A stretch of DNA of 64,000 nucleotides from Octopus vulgaris (lineage: Eukaryota). Positions 40,388 through 53,830 of the stretch are shown piece by piece (position 1 is the first letter of the stretch; each line of letters begins with the position of its first letter). The stretch covers positions 84,134,001-84,198,000 of the forward strand of contig OX597817.1 in the NCBI GenBank assembly GCA_951406725.2. The letters run 5' to 3'. Below the pieces are notes generated by a model. It had not been told where the DNA came from. It saw only the letters and a list, made by a program, of their open reading frames with translations, and ran no database searches. The position numbers and the translations under genes are program-made.

Positions 40388-42685
40388 AAGGAAACTGGTA
40401 GAGCACCCCTGGACTGATTAATGATACATCTAATGATGGTGTCACACTAAAAACACTGGTAATTGCGCAACCTGATAATCGCTACCTCAAATGATTGACA
40501 ATGAATAAACAAAATATTGTGAATAACGATGGTCATGAAACTGAAGCCATTGATGGTGACAGTGTTCCACCCGGCATGCTCAGAGACTCTGGTCAGGCTC
40601 CAGGCTGTCGATATCCAGAACGGCAGCACCACACACGGCGTAGATGGAGCAAGTAAATTAATGCTGTGGTCATGGAGTGTTACTACCCGAGCAGCCCGGT
40701 AGATGAAAATAGGGGTTACTGACAACGTATGTATGATTATTGGAGAGAAAAAGGATTGTTTTAACTTACGGAACAGAGACTATGTGTTCAAGCTAGAGTA
40801 ATAAGAAAAATCGTTCGTTCACAGAAGTAGAGCTCGAAGCTATCAAAAAACGGGTCTTGGAAAACAGAAGCAGAGATAACGATAAAATTACAGTTCTTAC
40901 TAATATGAGTAATCCCATAGCACAGGAAAGGAGCAGTGGTAGTTTACTTGATGAGACATATAGATGATCAAAAAGAAGACAATAAAACTAATGGTGACAT
41001 GACAGATGAACAAAAGGCAATCTACGACAGAATAAAGGCAAGACTACAGGAGCAAGATAGTGACATTATTTACAACCTTAAAAAGGTTGATCGATGGAAA
41101 TTGAACCAAGAAGTGAAAAATCTCAATGAAATTCTGAAATACATTAGAACAAACAACTTCACAGAAACAAGTAATTTGATCAAAGCAGCAAGTATTGTTG
41201 TAGTAGAAAACGTGGGCGTTGATGTCAAGAGAAAGAAACATAATGGAAGTGACAAAAGAAAAGATCCATGGTAGAAAAGAAAAATACAGGCAGGGTTAGA
41301 CATGCTCTCGAAGGAAATCTCTGTGTTAGACCTAAAAGCGAACAAACATACAGGGTACTGAAAAGGAAGTATAACATACAAAAGACATATAGACAATATA
41401 GAAAGGGTCGGAAATTGGTGATAGAGGAACTGAAACAGTGACTCGTTGCAAAGGAAGCGAATATAGTAAGAAACGACCAAAGAATGAAGGGTTACCGCCA
41501 GAATAGATTATTCAGAGTAGATCAGAAGAGTTTCTATAAAGAAATAAATAGAGAGTGTACAGATGAAAAGTTGATACTAGATAACAATGAAAGTCAAAAG
41601 TTTTGGAGTGTCATCTGGAGCAAAGAAAAGGAGCACAAGAAGGATGCTGAATGGTTGCAAGAACTGAAACAAACAGTAGTCTGTCCAAAACAGGCAGAAC
41701 TAGTCATATCGGTTAGGGATGTGAAGGAAATCAACAAAAAAATGAGCAACTGGAAGGCCCCAGGACCAGATGGAGTTCAAGGCTACTGCATCAAAAGATT
41801 TCATGAACGTCATGCACGAATAGTTGTGCAACTCAACACCTTGTTAAATGTCGACCAAGTAACACCAGAGTGGTTGACATTGGGTAGGACAATTCTGTGC
41901 TTGAAAAACAGCGGGAAAGGCAATACGGTAGACAATTACAGGCCGATATCCTGTTTGCCACTTATGGGAAAGTTATTGACTGGAATACCCGTAGAGTCAA
42001 AATACGAACATCTGGATAAAAATGGAGTCCTGCCACATGAGCAGAAGGGTTGCAAGCGTAAGTGCAGAGGTACCAAGGATCAACTCCTGATAGAGAAAAG
42101 TGTACTTAGAGACTGCAAGAGGAGGAAAAGTAACTTAGCCATCGACGATCGTAAGGCGTACGATATGATCCCACATTCTTGGATTATGGAATGTATGAAA
42201 CTATTTGGTATTGCATCGAATGTTGAGCGATTGCTTGGAAAATGTATGGCGAATTGGAGGACGGATCTGACAGCATACGGAAGAAGTTTAGAGACGGCAG
42301 AAATTAGAGGGGGCATCTTCAAAGGAGACTGCCTGTTCCTAGTGATCTTTGTACTGTGCTTGATACCACTAACACTGATTCTGAGGAAAGCAATAGCTGG
42401 GTATGTATTCAAAAGCCGTCAACAAAAAGTCAGCCATTTGTTATTCATGGATGACCTCAAACTTTATGGTAAAGATGAATCCCAAGTCAGTTCCCTCGCT
42501 GATATGGTGTATACTTTGAGTGCAGGTATCAGAATGGAGTTCGCACTGAAAAGTGTGGTGTGTTAGTCTTAAAGAGAGATAAAATCAAATATATGGACGG
42601 ACTCACGATACCGTCGGTGGAGGTGGGGTGTTTATGAAGCAGATAGAAGAGACGGGCTAAAAGTACTTTGAGATTTTGGAAATGG

Positions 42686-42686
<1 letters not shown>
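40386..42686 (+). mobile_element. Dong family D 5' half (N-terminal Myb-like region through RT), 3'-truncated pseudogene
   Basis: RRRWSK*IN-VVMECYY...GY*QRM---W-EKG-F*LTEQRL, NWKAPGPDGV, NYRPISCL, EQKGC, KAYD-IPH and LLFMDDLKLY. Confidence 0.92.
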
Positions 42687-42738
<52 letters not shown>

Positions 42739-42772
42739 TACTATTATCATCATCATTATTATTATTATTATT

Positions 42773-43326
42773 GAGTGAGCGAGCAGAGCATGCCATCAAA
42801 GTGACACTGGGGTAAAATATACGAAGCCCAGTATACCCATCATGACTACCCGTCTGATAAGGGTACACCAGGCACATGCATCACAACCATATGTGCGCGA
42901 CATGGTGATCTCATATCAAGATAAACAGCACATGACCTTGCAGGTGGAGCCCAGTTAGAATTTTCTTCAGATCGAGTAACCCATCCCGCTCAAAAGGTCC
43001 CTGAATAAAGGTTGTTTAAGGACGTTGAACGAAACACCCATGTTTCCAGAGGTGAATTATTCAAACCCCAAAGAATCCTTCTCAACACATGGCTATGATG
43101 CTCCCCCACTACTTCTACTCGTGATCAGAGATGCACATATCGTCAGCCCCTAAGGGACATGCTCAACTGGTTAAGGTCAAACAACTGACAAGCAAATCTG
43201 TGGTATTGAGCAGAATATTTGCTGTAGCCCATCTTTTATACCAAGACAAAACAATGTACATGATAACACTTCCAATCAGTTAAGATCAGAAGCCATGAGA
43301 GCCACTGCCTGGTACTGCATCAGGGC
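42773..43326 (-). mobile_element. ~553-nt element, copy 3
   Basis: Colinear full-length copy between TTA tracts. Confidence 0.92.
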
Positions 43327-43434
<108 letters not shown>

Positions 43435-43448
43435 CATCATCATCATTA

Positions 43449-45178
43449 TCCATTGTCTTTCCACAGCTTCTAACGCTGGAGATGTACTATGGTGCCAGCT
43501 TTTCACTACCAGTGAACTAAGGCAACACCCCTTATTTTTCGAGCACCATCCGGAATATTCAAGCGGTTCCAAGCAGTGCTGTTTCCTGCAAGTGCTCCAT
43601 CCTTATTGTAGCCCCTATTTATTGCATGTAGTTCTCCAGATTTTTACTCACTGTTCCCAGGGCTCTGACAATTATTGGTACTACTACCACCATTTTCATC
43701 AAACACAAGTGCTTAACCTCCCAAGCTAATCTGTCATATCTATCGACTTTTCTTTCTTCCTTATCGCATACCTTGTTGTTAACTGGGCATGCTATATCTA
43801 TGATCCAGCATCGTTTGCTTTCTTTCTCAATTAACACTAAGTCTGGTTTCCTATTCTCTATCGCATGGTTGCACTAAATCATAAAATCTCATAGGATATT
43901 TGCATTATCATTCTTGATGATGCCTTCGGGTTTACGTTCGTACCAATTTTTTACTCTGTCAAGTCCATACTTCTTGCAAAGTTTCCAATGGACAAGCCTG
44001 GCTATATTGTTATGACGTCTCTTATATTCTTTCTAGGCTAGTGGCGTGCATTGATTGTTAATATTCCATACGGTTTCACCATTTTGTCCACAAATTCTGC
44101 ACTTATTACTTTTGATGTGTTGTTTATTCAGTATTTGATGTAATTGGATCATAATGCTTTCTCTTTGGCAGCACAGATTAGAGCCTCTGTTTCTGGTTTT
44201 ATATCACTTCCAGTCATCCATAGCCATCTCTTTGTCACTTTTATGTTTAACATCTCTATGAAATTTTCATGCACTCTTTTCTTTATCCATCTATTTTCAG
44301 TTTTATTCATTCTCAATTTCTTGTACAATGCTTTATCTTTGAAATCTTCCATCCTACACTACTTGCTTCCAAAATTAGTGTTTCTAAGGCATGTTTAACA
44401 TATCATACCATGTTATTTTCCTCTGCACTAATGTTGTGTTCGCATCCAATCAATCATCTTCCCCCTCTTTTTTCTTGGTACATACAGTCTGTCTGTGTCA
44501 CTTTTTGGATGGAGTATCCCATATCTACTCAGCAACTTCCTTGTCTTTCTGTCCAATCTGTTTAGTTCGTCTACTGTCCATGCGATTACCCCTGCTCCTT
44601 ATCTAAGTAGTAAAACCTCCCAGGTGTTGATAGCTTCAATCTTATTCCGTCCTTTTAATTTTGACTTAAGGATCAGTCTTAGTCTGCTCAAGTACTCCAC
44701 TTTAAATTTTTCTCTCATTTCTTTCTCCATCAATTTATCCATTTCCCATATCCCCAAGTACTTATAGCCCGTCTTTTCTATCTGCTTCACAACCCACCGC
44801 GACGCTATTGCGAGCCCGTCCATACATTTAATTTTACCTCTCGTCAAGACTACCACACCACACTATTTCAGTGCGATGTCCATTCTAATATCAGCACTCA
44901 AAGTATACACCGTATCAACGAGGGAGCTGACTTGGGATTCATCTTTACCATAAAGTTTGAGGTCATCCATGAATAACAAATGGTTGACTTTTTGTTGGTT
45001 CTTGAATACATACCCAGCCTTTTCTTTCCTCAGAATCAGTGTTAGTGGTATCATGCACAGTACAAAGATCAGTGGGGACAGGCATTCTCTTTGGAAGATG
45101 CCTCTCCTGATTTCTACTGTCCCTAAACTTCTTCCGTATGCTGTCAGTTCCGTCTTCCACTTCGCCATACCATTTCCA
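43449..45178 (-). mobile_element. Dong family D 3' half (RT to endonuclease and UTR), pseudogene
   Basis: RT segment homologous to 42237-42686; KPETEALICAA, CRICGQ-GET, WIIDIACP and LQETALLGTA. Confidence 0.92.
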
Positions 45179-46052
45179 TTGGCATAAGAGCCAATGAAGA
45201 TACACACACACTTTATCGTGGCGGCACTTGTATTCTTTTTTGTACAAGGCTCTCACATACACTTACTAAGTGGGTCACATTTTCCACACTCTTTCCACAG
45301 AGTCTGCATTTCTGGGTATCAGATGTTTTATAGATGTTATACTTCACTGAGTTGGTAGCGAGAGCCTGGTCTTGTACAGTAATAATCAGGCTTTCGGTGG
45401 TTCACTTCAAATCACCTCGCTAAAGCCATGCCCACGATGCTGTATTATCATTAACGTCTTGTGTATTCCTTTCAAACTGTTCGTGCATTCTCATTTCTCT
45501 TTTCTCTTCTCCTCAGCTCTTTGGTTAAATCCTTCCTTGCCCATCATCTACGCCCATATTTTTTGCATTTACACCCATATCTTTTGCGGCATATTGCAGC
45601 AGGTCTTCATCACTATCAACTACTCGACAAACGTTCTCGTTTCACTCCTTATACAATGGTCTATACTAATTAATCCTCTGCCACCATTCTTTCTTTTCAT
45701 ATACAGTCTGTTTACATTTGCTTTAGGGTGTGGGACCCCATGCAGCGTCATCAACTTTCTCCTTCTTCTATCCAGTGTTGATATTTCCTCCTCAGTCCAT
45801 TTGAGGATGGGCACACTATATTTGACCACTGCAACTGCCCAGATATTCATTGCCGTAATCACATTTTTGGCATTCAGATTGGATTTCAACACCATCTTCA
45901 CTCTTGACTTTCATTTCTCTGTGTAGAATGTCATCCACCTCCAAAATCCCTAAATAGCTATACTCACTAACGTCGGGTTCATCCATGGTCTCTCCTGATG
46001 GTAACCGCAATCTTCTGCAGGCTACTTTCTTCCCTCTTTTCATATTAAGTAC
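45179..46052 (-). mobile_element. Dong family H internal fragment fused to the 5' end of the D copy
   Basis: YSYLGILE, HPKANVNRLYMKRKNGGRGLIS, QDQAL-TN, CRLCG-SVENVTHL and RHDKV; TAA tract at its 5' end. Confidence 0.85.
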
Positions 46053-46067
46053 TTATTATTATTATTA

Positions 46068-46155
<88 letters not shown>

Positions 46156-46184
46156 CATAATCATCATCATCATCATCATCATCG

Positions 46185-46221
<37 letters not shown>

Positions 46222-46266
46222 TATCATCATCATCATCATCATCGTCATTATTATTATTATTATTAC
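46053..46266. repeat. (TTA)/(TCA)n tract
   Basis: Direct reading. Confidence 0.95.
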
Positions 46267-47307
46267 TATTTGTTTTATGATATTTTTCCTCACCTAGAAA
46301 GCATTACCAAATAGCGCTTTCTTTGGAGTATTTGCAAAACAGAATTATAATTACCCAAGGGGAGTCTGTTATCAATACCAGAGGGTACATAACAAAAGAA
46401 AAAACATGTTTATTTTACAAACTTTTATCATTTTATTTACATACATTATATTCTCACATCCGAAAATGGCTACCAAACATACTTATGTTATACAACCGAC
46501 CACTGCAATAGCAAAAAATAAAAATACAAAGCAAAACACACAATAGAATATACAAAAGGAGAAAATGAAATTTACTGAACATTAAATAGAAAATAATCAT
46601 TTTAAATATTCAAAGAAGTAGTTTCAAGCATAGGAATGATAGTAACAACAATAACTGCAGTAGCAATTATGACGCAGTCAAATATTATAGTTTGTTCATA
46701 CAGTAGTTGCGTGAAAGTGAACCTTCCCTTAATGCAAACTGAACAAATGGAGCTTTTAGATCTATTTACAGTTACCAGAAAAAGAATTTGTTGAAAGAGT
46801 TTTGTAAATGTGAACAGCATTTCTTTACCATTGGATCTAATTCAGGAGAAAGCAGAGAAAATTACATACTTCTGCTTATCAAAAAACGGAAGTAGACTCA
46901 ATCGCTTCCCTCACGTAAAGTAGTATAACAGTTTCTTCAAGATATATAGGAAGAAATTTTCTGAGATGAAAAAGGCAAAAGTAATGGCACTGTCTGGTGT
47001 ACCTTCACAACTGAAAACAGCCAAAACATAGGTTGAAATTGTCTGACATATTTCTGACTATACATTTGTGTCGCAGTACATGGATTAAAGAAATGCAAGA
47101 GTAATGATAAGAGACATCGGAAACATTAACGATCCGTGGGTAGTTGTCATTTTTATATCGCATTATGAAGAGGGTTTAAAATAGGGCTAACGAAAGGTCA
47201 AGAGTGGTCAATAGTGGATAAAATGGATTTGCAAATCCTAATGACAAGCAAGGGCCACTGGAACTATGCCAATGTAAGAAATTATTATTGTTATTATTAT
47301 TATCAGT

Positions 47308-47610
47308 TGATGAAAGCTCACAGCTTTTTTGATGGGTATGATGGAAAGAGTCAGCTGTCCACAACCAAACACCAGCCACAAGATTCCAGATCTCATTCGC
47401 CTCCTGAGAGGCAACATCAACAACAGGAACAGCAAAACCAGCAACTGATGGTAAAGCATCAACACCAGCAACACCTGCAACACCAACAATACCAATAACA
47501 CCAACAGTTGATGCACCACCATCACCTTCAACAACATAAAATAATAATAGACACGCACAACACCCAGAATTTCCCAACGAAGGTCCCTCACTCCCCAATT
47601 TTTCTCCGTC
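47308..47610 (-). mobile_element. Decayed family G-like Dong 3' end with a low-complexity interior
   Basis: Reverse complement has DLRWEI and UTR TGTGGACAGCTGACTCTTTCCATCATACC; flanked by TTATTATTATCAGT at 47294-47307 and 47611-47624 (possible TSD). Confidence 0.65.
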
Positions 47611-47645
47611 TTATTATTATCAGTATTATTATTATCAGTATTATT

Positions 47646-47830
47646 AAATCCGCAAACTGACAGTCTTTAGCACTCCGGGGAAAATGCTTAGCACCATTTC
47701 GTCCGGGCAAAATGCTTAGTACCTTTCATTCTTTCGGGGTCCATGAAGTAAGTACCAGTTACGCACCGGGGTCGATGTAATCGACTAGCCCCCTCCCAGG
47801 ATTTCAGGCTTTGTACCATTAGTAGAAAAG
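47646..47830 (+). mobile_element. Rearranged SINE family 2 copy
   Basis: Duplicated AAATGCTTAG and a missing B-box segment; same rearrangement as 34210-34397. Confidence 0.85.
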
Positions 47831-47848
47831 ATTATTATTATTATCATT

Positions 47849-48400
47849 GAGTGAGAGAGCAGTGCATGCCATCAAAGTGACACTGGGGTAAAATATACGA
47901 AGCCCAGTATGCCCATCAGGACTACCCGTCTGATAAGGGTACACTAGGCACATGCACCACAACCATGTGTGCGCGACATGGTGATCTCATATCAAGATAA
48001 ACAGCACATGACCTTGCTGGTGGGGCCCAGTTAGAATTTTTTCTAGTCGAGTAACTCATCCCGCTCAAAAGGTCCTTGAATAAGAGTCGTTTAAGGATGT
48101 TGAATGAAACATCCATGTTTCCAGAGGTGAATTATTCAAACCCCAAAGAATCCCTCTCAACACATGGCTATGATGCTCCCCCACTACTTCTACTCGTGGT
48201 CAGAGATGCACATATCGTCAGCCACTAAGGGACATGCTCATCTGGTTAAGGTCAAACAACTGACAAGCAAATCTGTGGTATTGAGCAGAATGTTTGCTGT
48301 AGTCCATCTTTTGTACCAAGACAAAACAATGTACATGATAACGCTTCCAATCAGTTAAGATCAGAAACCACGCGAGCCACTGCCTGGTATTGCATCAAGG

Positions 48401-48401
<1 letters not shown>
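47849..48401 (-). mobile_element. ~553-nt element, copy 4
   Basis: Colinear full-length copy. Confidence 0.92.
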
Positions 48402-48471
<70 letters not shown>

Positions 48472-49024
48472 GAGTGAGAGAGCAGTTTATGCCATCAAAG
48501 TCACACTGGGGTAAAATATACGAAGCCCAATATACCCATCATGACTACCTGTCTGATAAGGGTACACCAGGCACATGCACCACAACTATATGTGCGCGAC
48601 ATGGTGATCTCATATCAGGATAAACAGCACATGACCTTGCAGGTGGGGCCCAGTTAGAATTTTCTTCAGGTTGAGTAGCCCATCCCGCTCAAAAGGTCCC
48701 TGAATAAAGGTTGTTTAAGGATGTTGAACGAAACACTTTTTTCCAGAGGTGAATTATTCAACCCCCAAAGAATCCCTCTCAACACATGGCTTTGATGCTC
48801 CCCCACTACTTCTACTCGTGATCAGAGATGCACATATTGTCAGCCACTAAGGGACATGATCAACTGGTTAAGGTCAAACAACTGACAAGCAAGTCTGTGG
48901 TATTGAGCAGAATATTTGCTGTAGCCCATCTTTTATACCAAGACAAAAATAATGAACATGATAACACTTCCAATCAGTTAAGATTAGAAGCCATGAGAGC
49001 CACTGCCTGGTACTGCATCAGGGC
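48472..49024 (-). mobile_element. ~553-nt element, copy 5 (tandem with copy 4 across a TTA tract)
   Basis: Colinear full-length copy. Confidence 0.92.
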
Positions 49025-49079
49025 ATTTATTATTATTATTATTATTATTACTATTAATATTATTATTATTATTATTATA

Positions 49080-49600
49080 GAAAATTAGCTTGAAAGCTTA
49101 GCCTTCATTGTTGGTCGCGTCCAGCACCACAAAATTACTTTACAGTCCATCGTGAAGATAGCCCCGCCGCCTTCCTTTAGCCGGGAAAGGCAAGGAGGTT
49201 TTGTTTTTTTACCTGGTGGACACATTTGAAAGGAGTGAAGACCAGCATTTTTCTTTTCGGCAAAACTCTGATACACTTTTTCAGGTTTCACTTGAAGAGG
49301 AAATTCAGGATGTAGATGGATGTGTTGCCTTACAAGTATTTTGCTGAAAGGTGGATAAGAGAGGCGAGAGCATTGCCCGAGTAAATGGACCTATTCTGAG
49401 TGTCTATCTGTCGACTGGAAAGGTAAGACTGGGAGAGGGCACCATTGATTTTTGTGGGCTTTCTCCATGTATAACGCTTAGACGCTCCCTCGCTCTTAGG
49501 GAATTTACTTTGTTTGAATTAAGGCCTCCATTGTACCGTTCTGTGGCGTCCTTAATGATTTCCTTCGTGTAAGACCTCCGTAGCTAATAAAGAAATTATC
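49080..49600 (+). mobile_element. Probable Tx1/L1-like LINE 3' end with an (ATT)n tail
   Basis: SIVKIAPPPSF...WWT-LKG-KT--FL-G-TLI-FFRFHLKRK...F-ERW; AATAAA at about 49587 before the TTA tract; family call from memory only. Confidence 0.55.
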
Positions 49601-49614
49601 ATTATTATTATTAA

Positions 49615-50546
<932 letters not shown>

Positions 50547-50850
50547 CGCAGTTGAATAGTTCGGAAAAGTTTTTTGATCACGCTGTGTAAGTCTCCGTTA
50601 GAATCACTATTTTACCTGTTTAGTATAATTGGATGTACATAATTTTGTCGTTTTTTGCTATTGAGTGCATCAGGAATCTTTTAACTGGTGTTTTGTGGTT
50701 GTTTTTGCCCCTTAATGGGTACCTTTTTCTATCAAGAAAACGCTTAGTTAGTGTGAAAAGGAAAAAAATATATATATTCAAGATGGTGGCGTCAAAAAAA
50801 AAACGTCCACCATCGAAACCCTGAAGGAGAAAACCCTTCCTCTGACCAAG
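50547..50850 (+). mobile_element. Possible LINE 5' UTR and ORF1 start (Tx1-like)
   Basis: Begins right after the TTA tract; frameshifted M-ASKKKRP-IETLKEKTL; weak recognition. Confidence 0.3.
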
Positions 50851-51012
50851 TTTCTTACAGCTAAAAACTCCGCTCTTATTCCTTCATTCTCTCAACTACG
50901 AAGTGTTTGTTAGTTGATTGATGACGGCAGCGACAAAGACAACAAAAAAAAAGCAGAAAAATATCAACAAAACGTGAGATTTTTTCTGGAAAAAAATTGA
51001 AGATTCTTCTCC

Positions 51013-51112
51013 AGGCATGGCTGTGTGGTAGAAGCTTGCTTCCAAATCAGATGGTTCCGTATTCAGTCCCTTGCGAGTGAATTTGGTAGACGGAAACTGA
51101 AAGAAGCCCGTT
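51013..51112 (+). mobile_element. Deleted SINE family 1 head
   Basis: GGCATGGCTGTGTGGTA...TTTGGTAGACGGAAACTGAAAGAAGCCCG. Confidence 0.8.
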
Positions 51113-51405
51113 GTATATATATATATATATGTGTGTGTACATGTATGTATGTATGTATGTATGTATGTATGTATGTATGTATGTATGTATGTATGTATGC
51201 AACTGCAGCATCAACAAGATACGAGAACAGAGACGTTCCTTTTTGGTATATCCCATATCGACTTTCTTTCAACTTTTACTTCAAAAGGAAAGTGTGGGAT
51301 CAATGAAATAAGTATCAGCTAAGAACTGGCGTCAGTGCAATCAATTATCCACTCCATCAAAACTCAGCCCTTGTGTCTCTAGAAGAAAATATTATTATTA
51401 TTATT

Positions 51406-51959
51406 GAGTGAGAGAGCAGTGCATGCCATCAAAGTGACACTGGGGTAAAATATACGAAGCCCAATATACCCATCATGACTACCCGTCTGATAAAGGTACA
51501 CCAGGCACATGCATCACAACCATATGTGCGCGACATGGTGATCTCATATCAAGATAAACAGCACATGACCTTGCAGGTGGGGCCCAGTTAGAATTTTCTT
51601 CAGGTTGAGTAACCCATCCCGCTCAAAAGGTCCCTGAATAAGGGTTGTTTAAGGATGTTGAAAGAACCACCCATGTTTCCAGAGGTGAATTATTCAAACC
51701 CCAAAGAATCCCTCTCAACACATGGCTATGATGCTCCCCCACTACTTCTGCTCGTGATCAGAGATGCACATATCGTCAGCCACTAAGGGACATGCTCAAC
51801 TGGTTAAGGTCAAACAACTGACAAGCAAATCTGTGGTATTGAGCAGAATATTTGCTGTAGCCCATCTTTTATACCAAGACAAAACAATGTACATGATAAC
51901 ACTTCCAATCAGTTAAGATCAGAAGCCATGAGAGCCACTGCCTGGTACTGCATCAGGGC
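51406..51959 (-). mobile_element. ~553-nt element, copy 6, in the ATT tail of a decayed SINE 2
   Basis: Colinear full-length copy. Confidence 0.92.
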
Positions 51960-51961
51960 AA

Positions 51962-52020
<59 letters not shown>

Positions 52021-52021
<1 letters not shown>

Positions 52022-52263
52022 GGTAGTGAGCTGGCAGAATTGTTAGCACGTTGGACGAAATGCTTAGCTGTATTTCGCCCGTCGCTACGTTCTGAGTTCA
52101 AATTCCACCGAGGTCGACTTTGCCTTTCATCCTTTCGAGGTCGATAAATTAAGTACCAGTTGCATACTGGAGTCGGTCTAATCGACTGGTCCACTCCCCC
52201 AAAATTTCGGGCCTTGTGCCTACAGTAGAAAACATTATTGTTATTATTATTATTATTATTGTT

Positions 52264-52297
<34 letters not shown>

Positions 52298-52471
52298 TTG
52301 TTGTTGTTATTATTATTATCGTTACGTTCTGAGTTCAAATTCCATCGAGGTCGACTCTGCCTTTCATCCTTTCGGGGTCGGTACATTAAGTACTAGTGAA
52401 ACACTGTGGTCGATGTAATCGACCAGTCCCTTCCGCCCAATATTTCAGGCCTTGTGCCTGTACTAAAATTG

Positions 52472-52472
<1 letters not shown>
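52021..52472 (+). mobile_element. Two SINE family 2 copies (full-length 52021-52232; 5'-truncated 52320-52472) with ATT tails
   Basis: GAGCTGGCAGAATTGTTAGC (A-box-like), GAGTTCAAATTCC (B-box) and GCCTTTCATCCTTTCGAGGTCGATAAATTAAGTACC (Nin/Deu-like). Confidence 0.92.
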
Positions 52473-52521
<49 letters not shown>

Positions 52522-53696
52522 CATCATCATCATCATCATTATTATTATTATCAGGTCAATAGATTGTTATAATGATTAGAGGTCGAAAAATTACTTGCAG
52601 TATCTCTGCTCCTTACGTTCTTAGGTTCAACCAGCCAAGGAGTCAGCTGTACTTTTTATTCCTCCAAGATCGTTAAAATAAAGCACCAGTCAAATATTGC
52701 GGTTGACATGATTGACTGTTACTTTTCCATAAAATTTGTAGCTTAGTACCTAGGTAAGAAATTGTAATTCTCTTGATTTATTGCTGCTGTACATTGGTTC
52801 TGAAATTGTATTATCCCGATACAATAAGAATAATTTTTTAGCCATTTGGTAGTAGTAGGCAATATATTGAATAGAGGTGTGAAGACTTAAACAATGAATT
52901 GCAGCTTTAAAGCTTTATAAAGGAATAAATCTGACATTCAGCGGCTGCATGTGCCAGGTAATTAATCTAGCAAAAACAATATAAAGTAAATGCTGACACT
53001 CTAACATTTAAACGCAGAGAAATTAACCAAGCTCGTTGTACTACGCTCACTGTCATCTCCTCCGCTTTAATTCCTGTTCATAATTGATTGTGATGTTACA
53101 GGGGTCGAGTACGGAGCATCACAAAGCTATAGAAATAAGACGTTCTTCATGTTACACATTATATTTCCAATTTGCTTGGAATTTGTTGCAAGCTATTCTG
53201 AAATTTATTAATGCTCAAAGGTAATAAATCTAACGTGAGAGCAGCGGAGTAAAATTCCGATCATTGACATATAAAACTTCGTCGCTATTTGAGCTAAGAA
53301 TGTGCGGAGACATAATTAAACATTGTAAAGTATTCGGTTCGGCAGCATTCCGAACATAACCCACCAGAACCATTAATAATAACAATGATTTCTAAGAGAG
53401 ACATCATGTTTCAGAATGTAAAGAGACGCTACTAAATACCACAAGGCATACATTTGGAATGACTCTACCGATTCTAATCTATCACCACACCTAATGATAG
53501 TTATTATCAATGCTGTTATTTAACTCAAGAACAATGGATGAAAGGGTCATTATAAGAACAAATTAAGATGCCTATAAAAAAATAGACATGGAAAACAAAA
53601 GCATGCAAAAAATTATCTTGCGGTTGTTGCTGTTTTTGATGTTGTTGTCGTCGTCGTCGTCATCATCACCATCATCGTCATCCTCATCTTCATCAG

Positions 53697-53830
53697 TGCG
53701 GCGGGCTGGCAGAATCGTAAGCACGCAAGGCAGAATGTTTAGCAGCGTCTCTTCCGGTTTTACTTTGTGAGTTCAAATTTCACCAGAGTCTATTTTGCCT
53801 TTCATCCTTTCGGGGTCGATAAAATAACCA
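53697..53830 (+). mobile_element. SINE family 2, 3'-truncated
   Basis: Head and core domain present. Confidence 0.8.

Noticed and set aside
42773-43326. Peptides in the 553-nt element, and possible hammerhead, HDV or twister-like words (CTGATAAG, CTAAGGGAC, ACACTG...AAGCCC)
   Set aside because: The ORFs are short and not consistently open, and I could not build a complete ribozyme fold by eye.
47214-47598. Q/H-rich ORF and opposite-strand G/V/A-rich ORF resembling a host exon
   Set aside because: The minus strand carries DLRWEI and the family G 3' UTR, so this is a decayed Dong end with low-complexity fill.
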